A DNA stretch of 64,000 nucleotides from an uncultured Bifidobacterium sp. GTDB taxonomy: Bacteria > Actinomycetota > Acidimicrobiia > Acidimicrobiales > Ilumatobacteraceae. The DNA is taken from positions 17,819-81,818 of the forward strand of contig CAZTPF010000007.1 of NCBI GenBank assembly GCA_964614655.1. Reading direction: 5' to 3'. Position 1 is the first letter of the stretch; every line of letters begins with the position of its first letter. Below are positions 46,801 through 57,905 of the stretch, piece after piece. A program made the translations under genes and the position numbers. The notes beneath the pieces were generated by a model. That model made no database searches and was not told where the DNA came from. It saw only the letters and a list, made by a program, of their open reading frames with translations.

Positions 46801-49451
46801 GCGGCTCTCGTCCGACCGTTCTGGTTCTCGACGGGAACTCGCTCACCTATCGAGCGTTCTTCGGTCTGCCGACCGACATGGTGACCGCCAGCGGACAGGT
46901 CACGAACGCGGTGTACGGGTTCACGTCGATGCTGGTGACGATGTTGAAGGAACATCGTCCGGCCGGGCTGGTGGTCGCCTTCGATCGATCCGAGCCGACT
47001 TTCCGTCACGAGGCCGAACCCACCTACAAAGCGCAGCGCGAATCGGCCCCCGACATCTTGCGTCAGCAACTCGGGATCGTGAGAGAGCTGCTCGCCGCGC
47101 TCGGAGTCACGGTTCTCGAGTTGTCCGGTTTCGAAGCCGACGATCTGATCGCCACCGCCGTCGATCGATCGGTCGACGCGGGATTCGACGCGATCGTCGT
47201 GACCGGAGATCGCGACAGCTATCAACTCGTCCGTGATCCGCACGTGAAGGTCTTGTACAACCGGCGAGGTGTGACCGACTACGTCTTGTACGACGAAGCA
47301 GGAATCGTCGAACGCACCGGTGTCACGCCGGCCCAGTATCCGGCCTACGCCGCTCTGCGCGGTGATCCGAGCGACAACCTCCCGGGCGTTCCGGGAGTGG
47401 GGGAGAAGACGGCCGCCAAACTCATCGTGAAGTACGGAGGACTCGACGGAATCTTCGCCCATGTCGACGAGCAGACGCCCAAACTGCGGGCAGCACTGGC
47501 CGAGAACGAACAGTTGGCCCGCAAGAACGAGAGTCTGATGACTCTGCGCCACGACGCACCCGTCGAGTTCGATCCGCAGCGATGCGGAATCGAACCCCAG
47601 ACGGAGGAGCTCCGTCGACTTCTGGAGTTCCTCGAATTCCGCGCCCTCGGCGATCGACTCGCCGATGCGCTCTCTTCGCTCGGGGTCGTCGGCGCAGCGG
47701 TCCCCGAACCTCGGGACGAGATCGAGATCGAGGTTCTCGACGGATTGTCGGTCGAGGAGATCAGGTCTCACCTGACGGCGGCTCCGTCGGTCGATCTGGC
47801 CGGCGCATGGGACGGAGAGCCCGGTCGATCGCGACTCGCCGGAGTGGCGGCGGCGGTGGCACCGGGTCGAGCTATCTGGATCGAAGCGTCCAGTCTCGCC
47901 ACTTCGTCGGTGGCCGGAGTCCTCTCGTCTCTCACCGCGCGTGGCCACGACGTGAAGCCATTGTGGCGGTCCCTTCTCGATCTCGGGGTCGAGCCCCCGA
48001 CGCTGACCTTCGACAGTGCCATCGCGTCGTATCTTCTCGATCCGAGTCGGGCCGTGTCGCTCGCCGGTCTCGTCGCCGAACATTCCGACCGTTCGGTACC
48101 CGAGGTGTCGGCTCCCGACGGAGAACTCGATCTCGGCGGAGCCGATGTCGCTGCGGTCGCCGCCCACGTCGCGGTGTCGGTCGGCCTCGTGTCCGAGTCG
48201 CTGACCGCGTCGCTCTCGTCGCTCGGAATGATGTCGCTCTTCGACGAGATCGAGATTCCATTGGTCTCCGTCCTGGCTCGAATGGAATCGGTCGGAATCG
48301 GGGTCGACGCCGAACGGCTCGGACAGATCGCCCGTCGTCTGACCGCAGAGACTGAGACGCTGGCCGGCACCTTGCAGGATCTCGCCGGTGGCCCTTTCAA
48401 TCCGAACTCTCCGGCCCAGCTCGCCCGAATTCTTTTCGAGGACAAGGGACTGAAGCCGCCCAAGAAGACCAAGACCGGCTACTCGACCGACGCCGCCACT
48501 CTCGAGAAATTGCGCGACGAATGGCCGGAGTTCATCGACACCTTGCTCGAATACCGCGAGCTCGAGAAGCTCCGCGGCACGTACGGCGAGGGACTGCAAT
48601 CCGAGATCGGCGACGACGGGCGTATCCATGCCACGTTCCAGCAGACGGTGGCGAGAACCGGCCGTTTGTCGAGCGAACATCCGAATCTCCACAACATTCC
48701 GGTCCGAACCGAGCGGGGTCGAGAGTTCCGGGATGCGTTCGTTCCGGCTCCCGGATTCGTCTTCCTCGTCGCCGACTACAACCAGATCGAGCTCCGCTGC
48801 ATCGCGCACCTCGCTCAGGACCCGGGACTGATCGACGCATTCACGAGTGGTCGTGACGTCCACCGCGCCACGGCGTCTCAGGTCTTCGACGTCCCGGAGT
48901 CCGACGTGACCGGCGATCAGCGTTCGTACGCGAAGATGGTGTCGTACGGGCTTGCCTACGGAATGGAAGCCTTCGGGCTGGCTCAGCGACTCTCGGTCCC
49001 GGTGAGCGAAGCGCAGTCGATTCTCGATGCCTACTTCGCCGCGTTCCCCAACGTTCACGACTACATGGAGCGAACCGTCGCCGAAGCACGCGAACGCGGG
49101 TACACCGAAACCCTCTTCGGTCGACGTCGCCCGATCCCCGAACTCCAGAACGCGAACTTCCGTGTTCGACAGGCCGGTGAACGACAGGCCATGAACGCCG
49201 GAATCCAGGGGCTGGCGGCCGACATCTTCAAGGTCGCGCTCGTGCGAGTCGACCGAGCGCTTCGGGACTCGGGCGGTGCGAGTCGTCTCGTTCTTCAGGT
49301 TCACGACGAGGTCGTCGTCGAAGTTGCCGAGGACGAGCGCGTGGAGGTCGGCGACGCAGTGATCGACATCATGAGGAAGGCCGCCGACCTCGACGTCCCG
49401 CTCGACGTGAACTTTGCTTGGGGCCCCTCGTGGGGTGCGGCCAAGTCGTGA
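46797..49451 (+). CDS. polA: DNA polymerase I
   Basis: 5'-nuclease N-terminus LVLDGNSLTYRAFF, polymerase motifs DYNQIELRC, RRPIPEL.., QVHDEVVVE, and RSYAKMVSYGLAYG. The GTG overlaps the upstream stop. Confidence 0.94.
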   Translation: MSGSRPTVLVLDGNSLTYRAFFGLPTDMVTASGQVTNAVYGFTSMLVTMLKEHRPAGLVVAFDRSEPTFRHEAEPTYKAQRESAPDILRQQLGIVRELLAALGVTVLELSGFEADDLIATAVDRSVDAGFDAIVVTGDRDSYQLVRDPHVKVLYNRRGVTDYVLYDEAGIVERTGVTPAQYPAYAALRGDPSDNLPGVPGVGEKTAAKLIVKYGGLDGIFAHVDEQTPKLRAALAENEQLARKNESLMTLRHDAPVEFDPQRCGIEPQTEELRRLLEFLEFRALGDRLADALSSLGVVGAAVPEPRDEIEIEVLDGLSVEEIRSHLTAAPSVDLAGAWDGEPGRSRLAGVAAAVAPGRAIWIEASSLATSSVAGVLSSLTARGHDVKPLWRSLLDLGVEPPTLTFDSAIASYLLDPSRAVSLAGLVAEHSDRSVPEVSAPDGELDLGGADVAAVAAHVAVSVGLVSESLTASLSSLGMMSLFDEIEIPLVSVLARMESVGIGVDAERLGQIARRLTAETETLAGTLQDLAGGPFNPNSPAQLARILFEDKGLKPPKKTKTGYSTDAATLEKLRDEWPEFIDTLLEYRELEKLRGTYGEGLQSEIGDDGRIHATFQQTVARTGRLSSEHPNLHNIPVRTERGREFRDAFVPAPGFVFLVADYNQIELRCIAHLAQDPGLIDAFTSGRDVHRATASQVFDVPESDVTGDQRSYAKMVSYGLAYGMEAFGLAQRLSVPVSEAQSILDAYFAAFPNVHDYMERTVAEARERGYTETLFGRRRPIPELQNANFRVRQAGERQAMNAGIQGLAADIFKVALVRVDRALRDSGGASRLVLQVHDEVVVEVAEDERVEVGDAVIDIMRKAADLDVPLDVNFAWGPSWGAAKS

Positions 49452-50206
49452 GCCAGCCGCCGGACCGCGACCACTGGTTCGAGCCGATTGCCGAACATCT
49501 CGGGGCGGCTTATCTCCGCTACTCGTTCACCAAGGGCACTCGGCAAGAGGTCGACTTCCTCTGCGAAGTACTCGAGTTGTCCCCGGGGAGCCGAGTTCTC
49601 GACGTCGGCTGCGGACCCGGACGTCACGCTCTGGAACTGGCGCGGCGAGGAATGCGCGTTCACGGAATCGACATCAGCCAGACCTTCGTCGATCTGGCCC
49701 GGAAGTCGGCGGCCGACGAAGGCCTCGACGAGGTGGTGTTCGAACGTGTCGACGCCCGAACCCTGGGCGATTCGGTCACCGTTCCCGGTGAATTCGACGC
49801 CGCCGTGTGCCTGTGCCAGGGCGGGTTCGGGCTCATGCGCGATCCGGACGACGACCGGCGAATCCTGGCCGGCACGGCCGATCGCGTCCGGATCGGAGGT
49901 CGACTCGCGTTGTCGGCGTTCAGTTCCTACTTCTCGGTTCGATATCACGACGACGCCACCTTCGACGCCGATCTCGGGGTGTCGCACGAGCGTACGGTCG
50001 TGAAATCCGAGGCCGGGGTCGATCGGGAGGTCGATTTGTGGACCGGATGCTTCACGCCGAGAGAGCTACGACTTCTCGCCGAGGGCTCGGGTTGGAGGGT
50101 CGACGAGATCTGGTCGGTCGATCCGGGCTCGTACCGGCGCGAAGCGCCCACGACCGAGTCGAGTGAATTCCTGGTCGTCGCCACCCGGGAACCCGGTCGC
50201 CCGTAG
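49448..50206 (+). CDS. Class I SAM-dependent methyltransferase
   Basis: VLDVGCGPGRHALELARRG motif I. GTG 49448 overlaps the polA stop. The tracked ORF starts at 49418. Confidence 0.78.
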   Translation: MSQPPDRDHWFEPIAEHLGAAYLRYSFTKGTRQEVDFLCEVLELSPGSRVLDVGCGPGRHALELARRGMRVHGIDISQTFVDLARKSAADEGLDEVVFERVDARTLGDSVTVPGEFDAAVCLCQGGFGLMRDPDDDRRILAGTADRVRIGGRLALSAFSSYFSVRYHDDATFDADLGVSHERTVVKSEAGVDREVDLWTGCFTPRELRLLAEGSGWRVDEIWSVDPGSYRREAPTTESSEFLVVATREPGRP

Positions 50207-50303
50207 GGTCCGGCTGCTTCCAGGGGTAGCCTGACCAAGCCCTCTCCAAGGGTGTTTCCATCCGTCCGATCGACGTTCCACGTCCTCTCGAAAGTGCATT
50301 CCC

Positions 50304-51596
50304 TTGTCCGACCTCTTGACCTCCACCAGCCCCATGGGCAACTACGACGCCGACGGCAACTACCAGCCGCGCAAAGTGACCGAGAACGACCTCGACAAAC
50401 CCTTCTCGGAGGCGATCGAGGGGACGCTCGTCGAGGTGGAGGACGGTCAGGTCGTTCATGGAACCGTGGTCAAGATCGATCGTGACGAAGTTCTGCTCGA
50501 CATCGGCTACAAGAGCGAGGGAGTCATCCCGTCCCGTGAGCTGAGCATCCGCAACGACGTCGATCCGAACGAGATCGTGAAGTTGGGGGAGAGCGTCGAG
50601 GCACTGGTCCTTCAGAAAGAAGACAAGGAAGGTCGACTGATCCTCTCGAAGAAGCGCGCCCAGTACGAGCGTGCGTGGGGCGACATCGAGAAGAAGAAGG
50701 AAGCCGACGAGATCGTCGAAGGTCTGGTCATCGAGGTCGTCAAGGGCGGCCTCATCGTCGACATCGGTCTTCGAGGCTTTCTCCCGGCGTCCTTGGTCGA
50801 GCTTCGTCGCGTCCGCGACCTTCAGCCCTACGTCGGCAAGGTCCTGCAGGCCAAGATCATCGAACTCGACAAGAATCGCAACAACGTCGTTCTGTCCCGT
50901 CGTGCGTTCCTCGAGGAGACGCAGAAGGAAGCCCGTGACGGTTTCCTCTCGAATCTGAAGGTCGGCGACGTCCGCGACGGCGTGGTGTCGAGCGTGGTGG
51001 CCTTCGGCGCCTTCGTCGATCTGGGTGGTATGGACGGTTTGATCCACGTGTCCGAGCTCTCGTGGAACCACGTCGATCATCCGAACGACGAGGTGAAGGT
51101 CGGCGACAAGGTCACCGTCAAGGTTCTCGACATCGATTACGACCGCGAGCGCATCAGCCTGTCTCGCAAGCAGACGCAGAAGGATCCGTGGGAGGTGTTC
51201 GCCTCGTCGCACGAGGTCGGCCAGCTCGTCTACGGCCGCGTGACCAAGCTCGTACCGTTCGGTGGATTCGTCCAAGTGGGCGAAGGAATCGAAGGTCTCG
51301 TCCACATCTCCGAGATGAGCACCCAGCACGTCGACGCGCCCGAGCAGGTCGTGACTCCCGGCGAAGAGCTCTGGGTCAAGATCATCGACCTCGACGTGCC
51401 GCGTCGTCGGATCAGCCTCAGCATCAAGCAGGCCGCCGAAGGTGGCGAGCTCGCCGAGGAGTATCGCAAGCATTTCGAAGTCGACGAGCACGGCAACTGG
51501 ACGACCGGAGCCGACGACGCGTCGCGTGAGTCGACCTGGGCCGAGTACTACGGCGACTCCGCCGAAGCTCCGGCCGCCGACGCCCCCGAAGCCTGA
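50304..51596 (+). CDS. rpsA: 30S ribosomal protein S1
   Basis: Four S1 repeats (GTVVKIDRDEVLLDIGYKSEGVIPSRELS, GLVIEVVKGGLIVDIGLRGFLPAS, GVVSSVVAFGAFVDLGGMDGLIHVSELS, GRVTKLVPFGGFVQVGEGIEGLVHISEMS). Start is TTG 50304 or ATG 50334. Confidence 0.93.
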   Translation: MSDLLTSTSPMGNYDADGNYQPRKVTENDLDKPFSEAIEGTLVEVEDGQVVHGTVVKIDRDEVLLDIGYKSEGVIPSRELSIRNDVDPNEIVKLGESVEALVLQKEDKEGRLILSKKRAQYERAWGDIEKKKEADEIVEGLVIEVVKGGLIVDIGLRGFLPASLVELRRVRDLQPYVGKVLQAKIIELDKNRNNVVLSRRAFLEETQKEARDGFLSNLKVGDVRDGVVSSVVAFGAFVDLGGMDGLIHVSELSWNHVDHPNDEVKVGDKVTVKVLDIDYDRERISLSRKQTQKDPWEVFASSHEVGQLVYGRVTKLVPFGGFVQVGEGIEGLVHISEMSTQHVDAPEQVVTPGEELWVKIIDLDVPRRRISLSIKQAAEGGELAEEYRKHFEVDEHGNWTTGADDASRESTWAEYYGDSAEAPAADAPEA

Positions 51597-52250
51597 TCAC
51601 GTTCTTTCGATCCGCACCAGCCCGAGTCGCGCCGCTCTGACGACGGCCTGGGTCCGGTCGTCGACGTCCAATTTGTCGTAGACCGAGGCCAGATGGTTCT
51701 TCACGGTCTTCTGGCTGATGAAGAGTTTGTCGGCGATCTCGACCGTGGTGGCGCCCTCGGCCACGAGGACGAGAACCTCGTGCTCACGCTCGGTGAGGAG
51801 TGAGTCGCCCGTCGGACTCCCGGGAGTGTCGGCCAGAACGCTTCGTACGTCGGCCGACAGCACGACGTCACCGGCCATCGCGTCGCTGATGGCGGCTTCG
51901 AGTTCCTCGACGTCGCAATCCTTGCTGAGGTAGCCGCGCGCTCCGGCGGCCAGAGCGTGACGCACCGTGACGGCGTCGACGTGCATCGACAGCATCACCA
52001 CCCGTCGACGACGATCGACGGCCAGTATCTCCTTCAGGGCAGTGATTCCGTCGCCGTTCGGCATGGCGACGTCGAGGAGTACGAGATCGGGTTCGTGCTG
52101 TCGGGTGAGACGGGCGGCCTGCTTTCCGTCGGCGGCTTCTCCGACGACGTCGTGTCCGCCTTTTCGCAGGCGATCGGCGAGAAGACGTCGAAAGAGGCCG
52201 TGATCGTCCGCCACGACGATTCGCGCCGAGATGTTCGCCGAGTCGCTCAT
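51597..52250 (-). CDS. LuxR/NarL-family response regulator
   Basis: Receiver domain IVVADDHGLFRRLL..DLVLLDVAMPNGDG, and HTH LTEREHEVLVLVAEGATTVEIADKLFISQKTVKNHLASVYDKL. No kinase is adjacent. Confidence 0.9.
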   Translation of the reverse strand: MSDSANISARIVVADDHGLFRRLLADRLRKGGHDVVGEAADGKQAARLTRQHEPDLVLLDVAMPNGDGITALKEILAVDRRRRVVMLSMHVDAVTVRHALAAGARGYLSKDCDVEELEAAISDAMAGDVVLSADVRSVLADTPGSPTGDSLLTEREHEVLVLVAEGATTVEIADKLFISQKTVKNHLASVYDKLDVDDRTQAVVRAARLGLVRIERT

Positions 52251-52328
52251 GCGGGGAGGGTACCGACAACGGCTCCCGGGTTCCGGTCGCCCTCGGCATC
52301 TCGGGCTCGAAGCACCTAACGTGACGTC

Positions 52329-52976
52329 ATGATTCTCGTGGGTCTGACCGGCGGCATCGGGTCCGGGAAGTCGACCGTCTCCGAACTGCTGTCGCGTCGC
52401 GGCGCGGTGATCGTCGACGCCGACGCCATCACGCGTGAGGTGCAGCTTCCGGGCTCACCGGTCCTCACTGCGTTGGCCGAGGCCTTCGGATCCGAGGTGA
52501 TCGCAGCCGACGGGAGTCTGGATCGGGCGGCGGTGGCCAACGTCGTCTTCTCGGACCCTGAAGCGCTCAAGAAATTGAACGCCATCGTCCATCCGGCGGT
52601 GGGTCGGCTGATGAACGATCGAATTCTCGAACAGCGTGCCACCCACAACGTGGTGATTCTCGACATTCCTTTGCTGACCGAGAATCCGCGCGAGGGCCTG
52701 CAGGGTCGAATCGTCGTCGACGTTCCCGTGGAGACCCAAGTCGACCGTCTCGTGCGGCATCGTGGTTTCTCCGAGGACGATGCCCGAGCACGGATCGCCC
52801 GTCAGGCGTCGCGTGAAGAACGATTGGCGGCCGCCGATTTCGTCATCGACAACAGCGGTGTTCCGGCCGATCTCGAGCCCCAGTTGGATCGGCTCTGGGA
52901 TTGGCTGACGTCTCTACCGCAGTTGCCGCATGACTACGAACCGATTCTTCCGACCTCGCGTCCATCTCAGGCATGA
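52329..52976 (+). CDS. coaE: Dephospho-CoA kinase
   Basis: [18 protein letters not shown]-loop, and IVHPAV. Confidence 0.9.
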   Translation: MILVGLTGGIGSGKSTVSELLSRRGAVIVDADAITREVQLPGSPVLTALAEAFGSEVIAADGSLDRAAVANVVFSDPEALKKLNAIVHPAVGRLMNDRILEQRATHNVVILDIPLLTENPREGLQGRIVVDVPVETQVDRLVRHRGFSEDDARARIARQASREERLAAADFVIDNSGVPADLEPQLDRLWDWLTSLPQLPHDYEPILPTSRPSQA

Positions 52977-55003
52977 CTGACGAACGTCGCCTGCGAGTCG
53001 TCTCGGAGTTCGAGCCGGCCGGTGACCAGCCGGCGGCCATTCGGGCCCTGTCGGAGGGGATCGAAGAGGGAATGCGCTTCCAGACACTGCTCGGCATCAC
53101 CGGCTCCGGGAAGAGCGCAACGATCGCCTGGACGATCGAGCAGGTGCAACGACCCACTCTGATCCTGGCTCCCAACAAGAGTCTCGCCGCTCAATTGGCA
53201 CAGGAGATGAGGGAATTCTTTCCCGACAATCGCGTCGAGTACTTCGTGAGCTACTACGACTACTACCAACCCGAGGCCTACATCGCCTCGAGCGACACCT
53301 ACATCGAGAAGGACTCGTCGATCAACGACGAGATCGACCGACTTCGGCATTCGGCGACTGCTGCTCTCCTGACTCGGCGAGACACGATCGTCGTCGCTTC
53401 CGTTTCGTGCATCTACGGCATGGGTGATCCCGACGAGTACAGGGGGCAACTTCTCGAGTTGCACTGCGGGGTCGACTACGACATGCGCAGCGTTCTTCGA
53501 CGCCTCGTCGACCTCCAGTACGACCGGAACGACATGGCTCTCGGGCGCGGCAACTTCCGTGTGAGGGGTGACACGATCGAGATCCATCCGGCGTACGAAG
53601 AATCCGTTCTTCGAGTCGAGATGTTCGGTGACACCGTCGACCGCCTCACGATGATCGATCCTCTCACCGGCGAAACCCTTCGCGAGTTGAGCGAAGTATT
53701 GGTCTTTCCGGCGACTCACTACGTGGCGGGAGACGAGCGGATGCGACGGGCGATCCTCGGTATCGAGGCCGAGTTGCAAGAGCGTCTGCAGGTGTTCGAG
53801 AAGGAAGGAAAGCTGCTCGAGGCGCAACGTCTCCGCATGCGAACCCAGCACGACCTGGAGATGATTCAGGAGGTCGGATACTGCAACGGCATCGAGAACT
53901 ACTCGATGCACATCGACGGTCGCAGTCCGGGTGAACCGCCCTTCACCCTTCTCGACTACTTCCCGAAGGATTACCTTCTCGTGATCGACGAAAGTCATGT
54001 GGCGGTCCCGCAGTTGCACGGCCAGTTCGCCGGTGACCGGAGCCGCAAAGACGTTCTTGTCGAACACGGCTTTCGCCTGCCGAGCGCTCGTGACAACCGC
54101 CCTCTTCAGTTCGACGAGGTGATGGAGCGCCTGAATCAGGTGGTCTTCCTGTCGGCGACCCCGGGTCCGTTCGAGCTCGAGCGCTCGGAGAAGGTGGTGG
54201 AACAGATCGTCCGGCCGACCGGACTGGTCGATCCCGAAGTCGTGGTCAAGCCCACCAAGGGGCAGATCGACGACTTGATCACCCAGATCGAAGATCGAGT
54301 CGGACGTGGTGACCGAGTCCTCGTGACGACTCTGACCAAGAAGATGGCCGAGGATCTGACCGACTACCTCCTCGAACACGGACTACGGGTTCGCTACCTG
54401 CACAGCAACGTCGACACGATCCAGCGAATCGAAATTTTACGTGCTCTGCGTCTCGGCGAGTTCGACGTTCTGGTCGGAATCAATCTCCTTCGTGAAGGTC
54501 TCGACCTGCCCGAAGTCAGCCTGGTGGCGATCCTGGACGCCGACAAAGAGGGCTTCTTGCGCAGTGAGACCTCGCTGATCCAGATGATCGGGCGCGCCGC
54601 TCGAAACGTCGACGGTCAGGTCGTGATGTACGCCGACCAGATGACTCCGTCGATGGAACGGGCCATAGGCGAGACCAATCGACGGCGCGGACTGCAGGTC
54701 GCCTACAACACCGAACACGGGATCAACCCGCAGACGATCCGCAAGGCGGTGGGCGACATCTTGTCGATGTTGCGCCCCGAAGGCGAGTCCGCTCCCGTTC
54801 CCGGCAAGGATCGGCGGCGTCAGCGTGAACGCGACCGGGTCCAGAGGGAACTGCGAACGCTGCCTCAGCAGGAGATGGCCCGACTCGTGCAGACGCTCGA
54901 GGAGGAGATGCACGAAGCAGCGGCCGATCTCCGTTTCGAGTACGCCGCTCGCCTGCGTGACGAAATCAACGAACTACGGCGAGAAATGAAGGATGCGGGT
55001 TAG
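52973..55003 (+). CDS. uvrB: Excinuclease ABC subunit B
   Basis: [25 protein letters not shown], and the C-terminal UVR domain [15 protein letters not shown]. The ATG overlaps the coaE stop. Confidence 0.95.
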   Translation: MTDERRLRVVSEFEPAGDQPAAIRALSEGIEEGMRFQTLLGITGSGKSATIAWTIEQVQRPTLILAPNKSLAAQLAQEMREFFPDNRVEYFVSYYDYYQPEAYIASSDTYIEKDSSINDEIDRLRHSATAALLTRRDTIVVASVSCIYGMGDPDEYRGQLLELHCGVDYDMRSVLRRLVDLQYDRNDMALGRGNFRVRGDTIEIHPAYEESVLRVEMFGDTVDRLTMIDPLTGETLRELSEVLVFPATHYVAGDERMRRAILGIEAELQERLQVFEKEGKLLEAQRLRMRTQHDLEMIQEVGYCNGIENYSMHIDGRSPGEPPFTLLDYFPKDYLLVIDESHVAVPQLHGQFAGDRSRKDVLVEHGFRLPSARDNRPLQFDEVMERLNQVVFLSATPGPFELERSEKVVEQIVRPTGLVDPEVVVKPTKGQIDDLITQIEDRVGRGDRVLVTTLTKKMAEDLTDYLLEHGLRVRYLHSNVDTIQRIEILRALRLGEFDVLVGINLLREGLDLPEVSLVAILDADKEGFLRSETSLIQMIGRAARNVDGQVVMYADQMTPSMERAIGETNRRRGLQVAYNTEHGINPQTIRKAVGDILSMLRPEGESAPVPGKDRRRQRERDRVQRELRTLPQQEMARLVQTLEEEMHEAAADLRFEYAARLRDEINELRREMKDAG

Positions 55004-55038
55004 GGGGCGCTCGGGTCGGCATCGGTAATGTCGGCCGG

Positions 55039-57882
55039 GTGTCCGACCAGCTGATCGTCCGAGGGGCCCGCGAGCACAACCTCAAGAATCTGAGCGTCGA
55101 CATTCCGCGCGACAAGATCGTCGTTTTCACGGGTTTGTCGGGCAGTGGCAAGTCGTCGTTGGCTTTCGACACGATCTACGCCGAGGGGCAACGGCGTTAC
55201 GTCGAGTCGCTCAGTGCCTACGCGCGGCAGTTCCTCGGCCAGATGGACAAGCCGGACGTCGACGTGATCGAGGGTCTGTCACCGGCGATCTCGATCGATC
55301 AGAAGTCGGCCAGTCGGAATCCGCGTTCGACGGTCGGCACCATCACCGAGGTGTACGACTACCTTCGGCTCCTCTACGCCCGGATCGGAGTGCAGCACTG
55401 CCCCAAGGACGGCAGTCGTCTGGCCCGACAGACTCCGCAGCAGATCGTCGACCGTGTCCTCGCGCTCGACGAGGGGACTCGCTTCCAGGTCCTGGCCCCG
55501 GTCGTCCGAGGCCGCAAGGGTGAATACGAAACCCTGTTGAACGACGTCGCGGGACAGGGATTCGTGAGAGCTCGTGTCGACGGCGAGACCGTCGACATCG
55601 CCGAGTTCCTGAATCGTCCGACCAAGCTGGCGCGCTACGAACAGCACACGATCGAAGTCGTCGTCGATCGACTCGTCAACAAGAAGGGGATCGAGCGGCG
55701 GCTCACCGACAGTCTGGAGACGGCCCTCCGGCTGGCCGACGGTGTGGCCGAAGTCGAGATCGTCTCGGACTCCGAACCCGAACTTCTCACGTTCAGTCAG
55801 CATCTGGCCTGCCCGAAGTGCGGGTCGTCGTACGAGGAGCCCGCTCCTCGTAGCTTCTCGTTCAATTCGCCGTACGGAGCCTGTGAGACATGCGACGGAC
55901 TCGGTACGACATTCGAGGTCGACCCCGAGCTGGTGGTTCCCGATCCCGATCTGGCGCTGAGCGAAGGGGCGATCGCGCCCTGGAGGAGTGCGCACACCGG
56001 GTTCTTCCAGCGGATCCTCGAGTCGGTGGCCGAGGATCACGACATCGACCTCGATCGCCCGTGGTCGAAACTCTCGGCCAAGTCCAGGAAGATCGTCCTG
56101 CAGGGGTTGCCCGGCACGATGACGGTTCGCTTCAAGAATCGCTACGGACGAGTCCGACAGTTCAACACGACGTTCGAAGGTGTGATCCCGTGGATCAAAC
56201 GACGTCACGAATCGGCCGAGAGCGACTGGTCCCGTGAACAGTACGAGGGCTACATGCGCCAGGTGCCGTGTTCGGCATGTGGCGGAGCCCGACTCAAACC
56301 GGCCACGTTGGCGGTCACGGTGAACGACCGCAACATCTCGGAGGTCTGCGATCTGCCCATCTCCGAGTCGGCGGCTTTCCTGCGGGGACTCCAGCTGTCC
56401 GATCGAGATCGCATGATCGCCGAGCGGGTCGTCAAGGAGATCGACGCTCGCCTCGGTTTCCTTCTCGACGTCGGTCTCGATTACTTGACCCTGTCGAGGT
56501 CGGCCGGAACCTTGGCCGGTGGCGAGGCACAGCGCATTCGCCTGGCCAGTCAGATCGGATCCGGGCTCGTCGGAACGCTATACGTCCTCGACGAACCCTC
56601 GATCGGACTCCATCAACGCGACAACCGCCGCCTCATCGACACCCTGCTACGTCTGCGTGATCTCGGGAACACGGTGCTCGTCGTCGAACACGACGAGGAG
56701 ACGATCCGGGAGAGCGACTGGATCGTCGACATCGGACCCGGAGCCGGCGAGCACGGTGGGGAGGTCGTCTACAGCGGCCCGGTCAAAGGCATCCTGAAAT
56801 GCAAGGAATCGGTGACGGGCCAGTACCTGTCGGGGAAGAAGTCGATACCGGTCCCCGAGGTCCGGCGTCAGCCAGGTGATCAATGGCTCGAGATCGTCGA
56901 AGCTCGAGAACACAACCTGAAGAACTTGAACGTCCGTATTCCACTCGGATGCTTCGTGGCCGTCACCGGCGTCTCGGGCAGCGGAAAGAGCACCCTCGTA
57001 CGGGACATCCTCCTGCCCGTTCTGATGCAGAAGATCTACAAGTCCAAAGAGGCGCCGGGAAAGCACAAGCGGGTGAACGGAGTCCAATTCCTCGACAAGG
57101 TGATCGACATGGATCAGTCGCCCATCGGACGAACTCCCCGTTCGAATCCGGCCACCTACACCGGAGTGTTCGACGGAATTCGAAAATTGTTCGCCTCCAC
57201 CGCCGAGGCCAAGGTCAGGGGCTACCAGCCGGGTCGCTTCTCCTTCAACGTGCAAGGTGGACGCTGCGACGCCTGTTCGGGAGACGGAACCATCCGTATC
57301 GAGATGCACTTCCTGCCCGACGTCTACGTGCCCTGTGAGGTCTGCAAGGGCGCGCGCTACAACCGGGACACCCTCGAGATCGCCTTCAAGGGCAAGAACA
57401 TCTCCGACGTCCTCGACATGCCGATCGAAGAGGCACTGGGGTTCTTCGCCAATCAGCCGTCGATCGCCCGTCACATGCAAACTCTCGTCGACGTCGGTCT
57501 CGGGTACGTGAGACTCGGCCAATCGGCACCCACTCTGTCGGGTGGTGAGGCGCAAAGAGTGAAGTTGGCGACCGAACTCGCCAAGCGGAGTACCGGTCAC
57601 ACCATCTATCTCCTCGACGAACCGACGACCGGCCTGCACTTCGAGGACGTCCGGCGTCTGCTCACGGTGTTGTCCCGGCTCGTCGATCAGGGCAACACGG
57701 TGCTCGTCATCGAGCACAACCTCGATGTCATCAAGACGGCCGACTGGATCGTCGACCTCGGTCCGGAGGGTGGCCACGGTGGCGGAACCGTCGTCGCCGA
57801 GGGTTCACCGGAGGTCGTCGCGCGAACGAAAGGAAGCCACACCGGGCGTTTTCTGGCCGATCTGCTGTCGGCATCCGCATGA
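55039..57882 (+). CDS. uvrA: Excinuclease ABC subunit A
   Basis: [46 protein letters not shown], a second ATPase [18 protein letters not shown] twice, and zinc modules. Confidence 0.95.
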   Translation: MSDQLIVRGAREHNLKNLSVDIPRDKIVVFTGLSGSGKSSLAFDTIYAEGQRRYVESLSAYARQFLGQMDKPDVDVIEGLSPAISIDQKSASRNPRSTVGTITEVYDYLRLLYARIGVQHCPKDGSRLARQTPQQIVDRVLALDEGTRFQVLAPVVRGRKGEYETLLNDVAGQGFVRARVDGETVDIAEFLNRPTKLARYEQHTIEVVVDRLVNKKGIERRLTDSLETALRLADGVAEVEIVSDSEPELLTFSQHLACPKCGSSYEEPAPRSFSFNSPYGACETCDGLGTTFEVDPELVVPDPDLALSEGAIAPWRSAHTGFFQRILESVAEDHDIDLDRPWSKLSAKSRKIVLQGLPGTMTVRFKNRYGRVRQFNTTFEGVIPWIKRRHESAESDWSREQYEGYMRQVPCSACGGARLKPATLAVTVNDRNISEVCDLPISESAAFLRGLQLSDRDRMIAERVVKEIDARLGFLLDVGLDYLTLSRSAGTLAGGEAQRIRLASQIGSGLVGTLYVLDEPSIGLHQRDNRRLIDTLLRLRDLGNTVLVVEHDEETIRESDWIVDIGPGAGEHGGEVVYSGPVKGILKCKESVTGQYLSGKKSIPVPEVRRQPGDQWLEIVEAREHNLKNLNVRIPLGCFVAVTGVSGSGKSTLVRDILLPVLMQKIYKSKEAPGKHKRVNGVQFLDKVIDMDQSPIGRTPRSNPATYTGVFDGIRKLFASTAEAKVRGYQPGRFSFNVQGGRCDACSGDGTIRIEMHFLPDVYVPCEVCKGARYNRDTLEIAFKGKNISDVLDMPIEEALGFFANQPSIARHMQTLVDVGLGYVRLGQSAPTLSGGEAQRVKLATELAKRSTGHTIYLLDEPTTGLHFEDVRRLLTVLSRLVDQGNTVLVIEHNLDVIKTADWIVDLGPEGGHGGGTVVAEGSPEVVARTKGSHTGRFLADLLSASA

Positions 57883-57905
57883 TGGTGCGCTCCTAGGCTG
57901 AAGTC

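Noticed and set aside
46596-49304. 902-aa minus-strand ORF antisense to polA
   Set aside because: It is an in-register antisense shadow of polA with a Gly/Arg/Asp/Val/Glu-rich translation. The polA motifs on the plus strand are unambiguous.
50052-51491. 479-aa minus-strand ORF antisense to rpsA
   Set aside because: It is a shadow of rpsA. Similar shadows opposite uvrB (52967-54379), uvrA (55279-56208, 56647-57777), uvrC (58527-59567) and gap/pgk (62346-63902) were rejected for the same reason.
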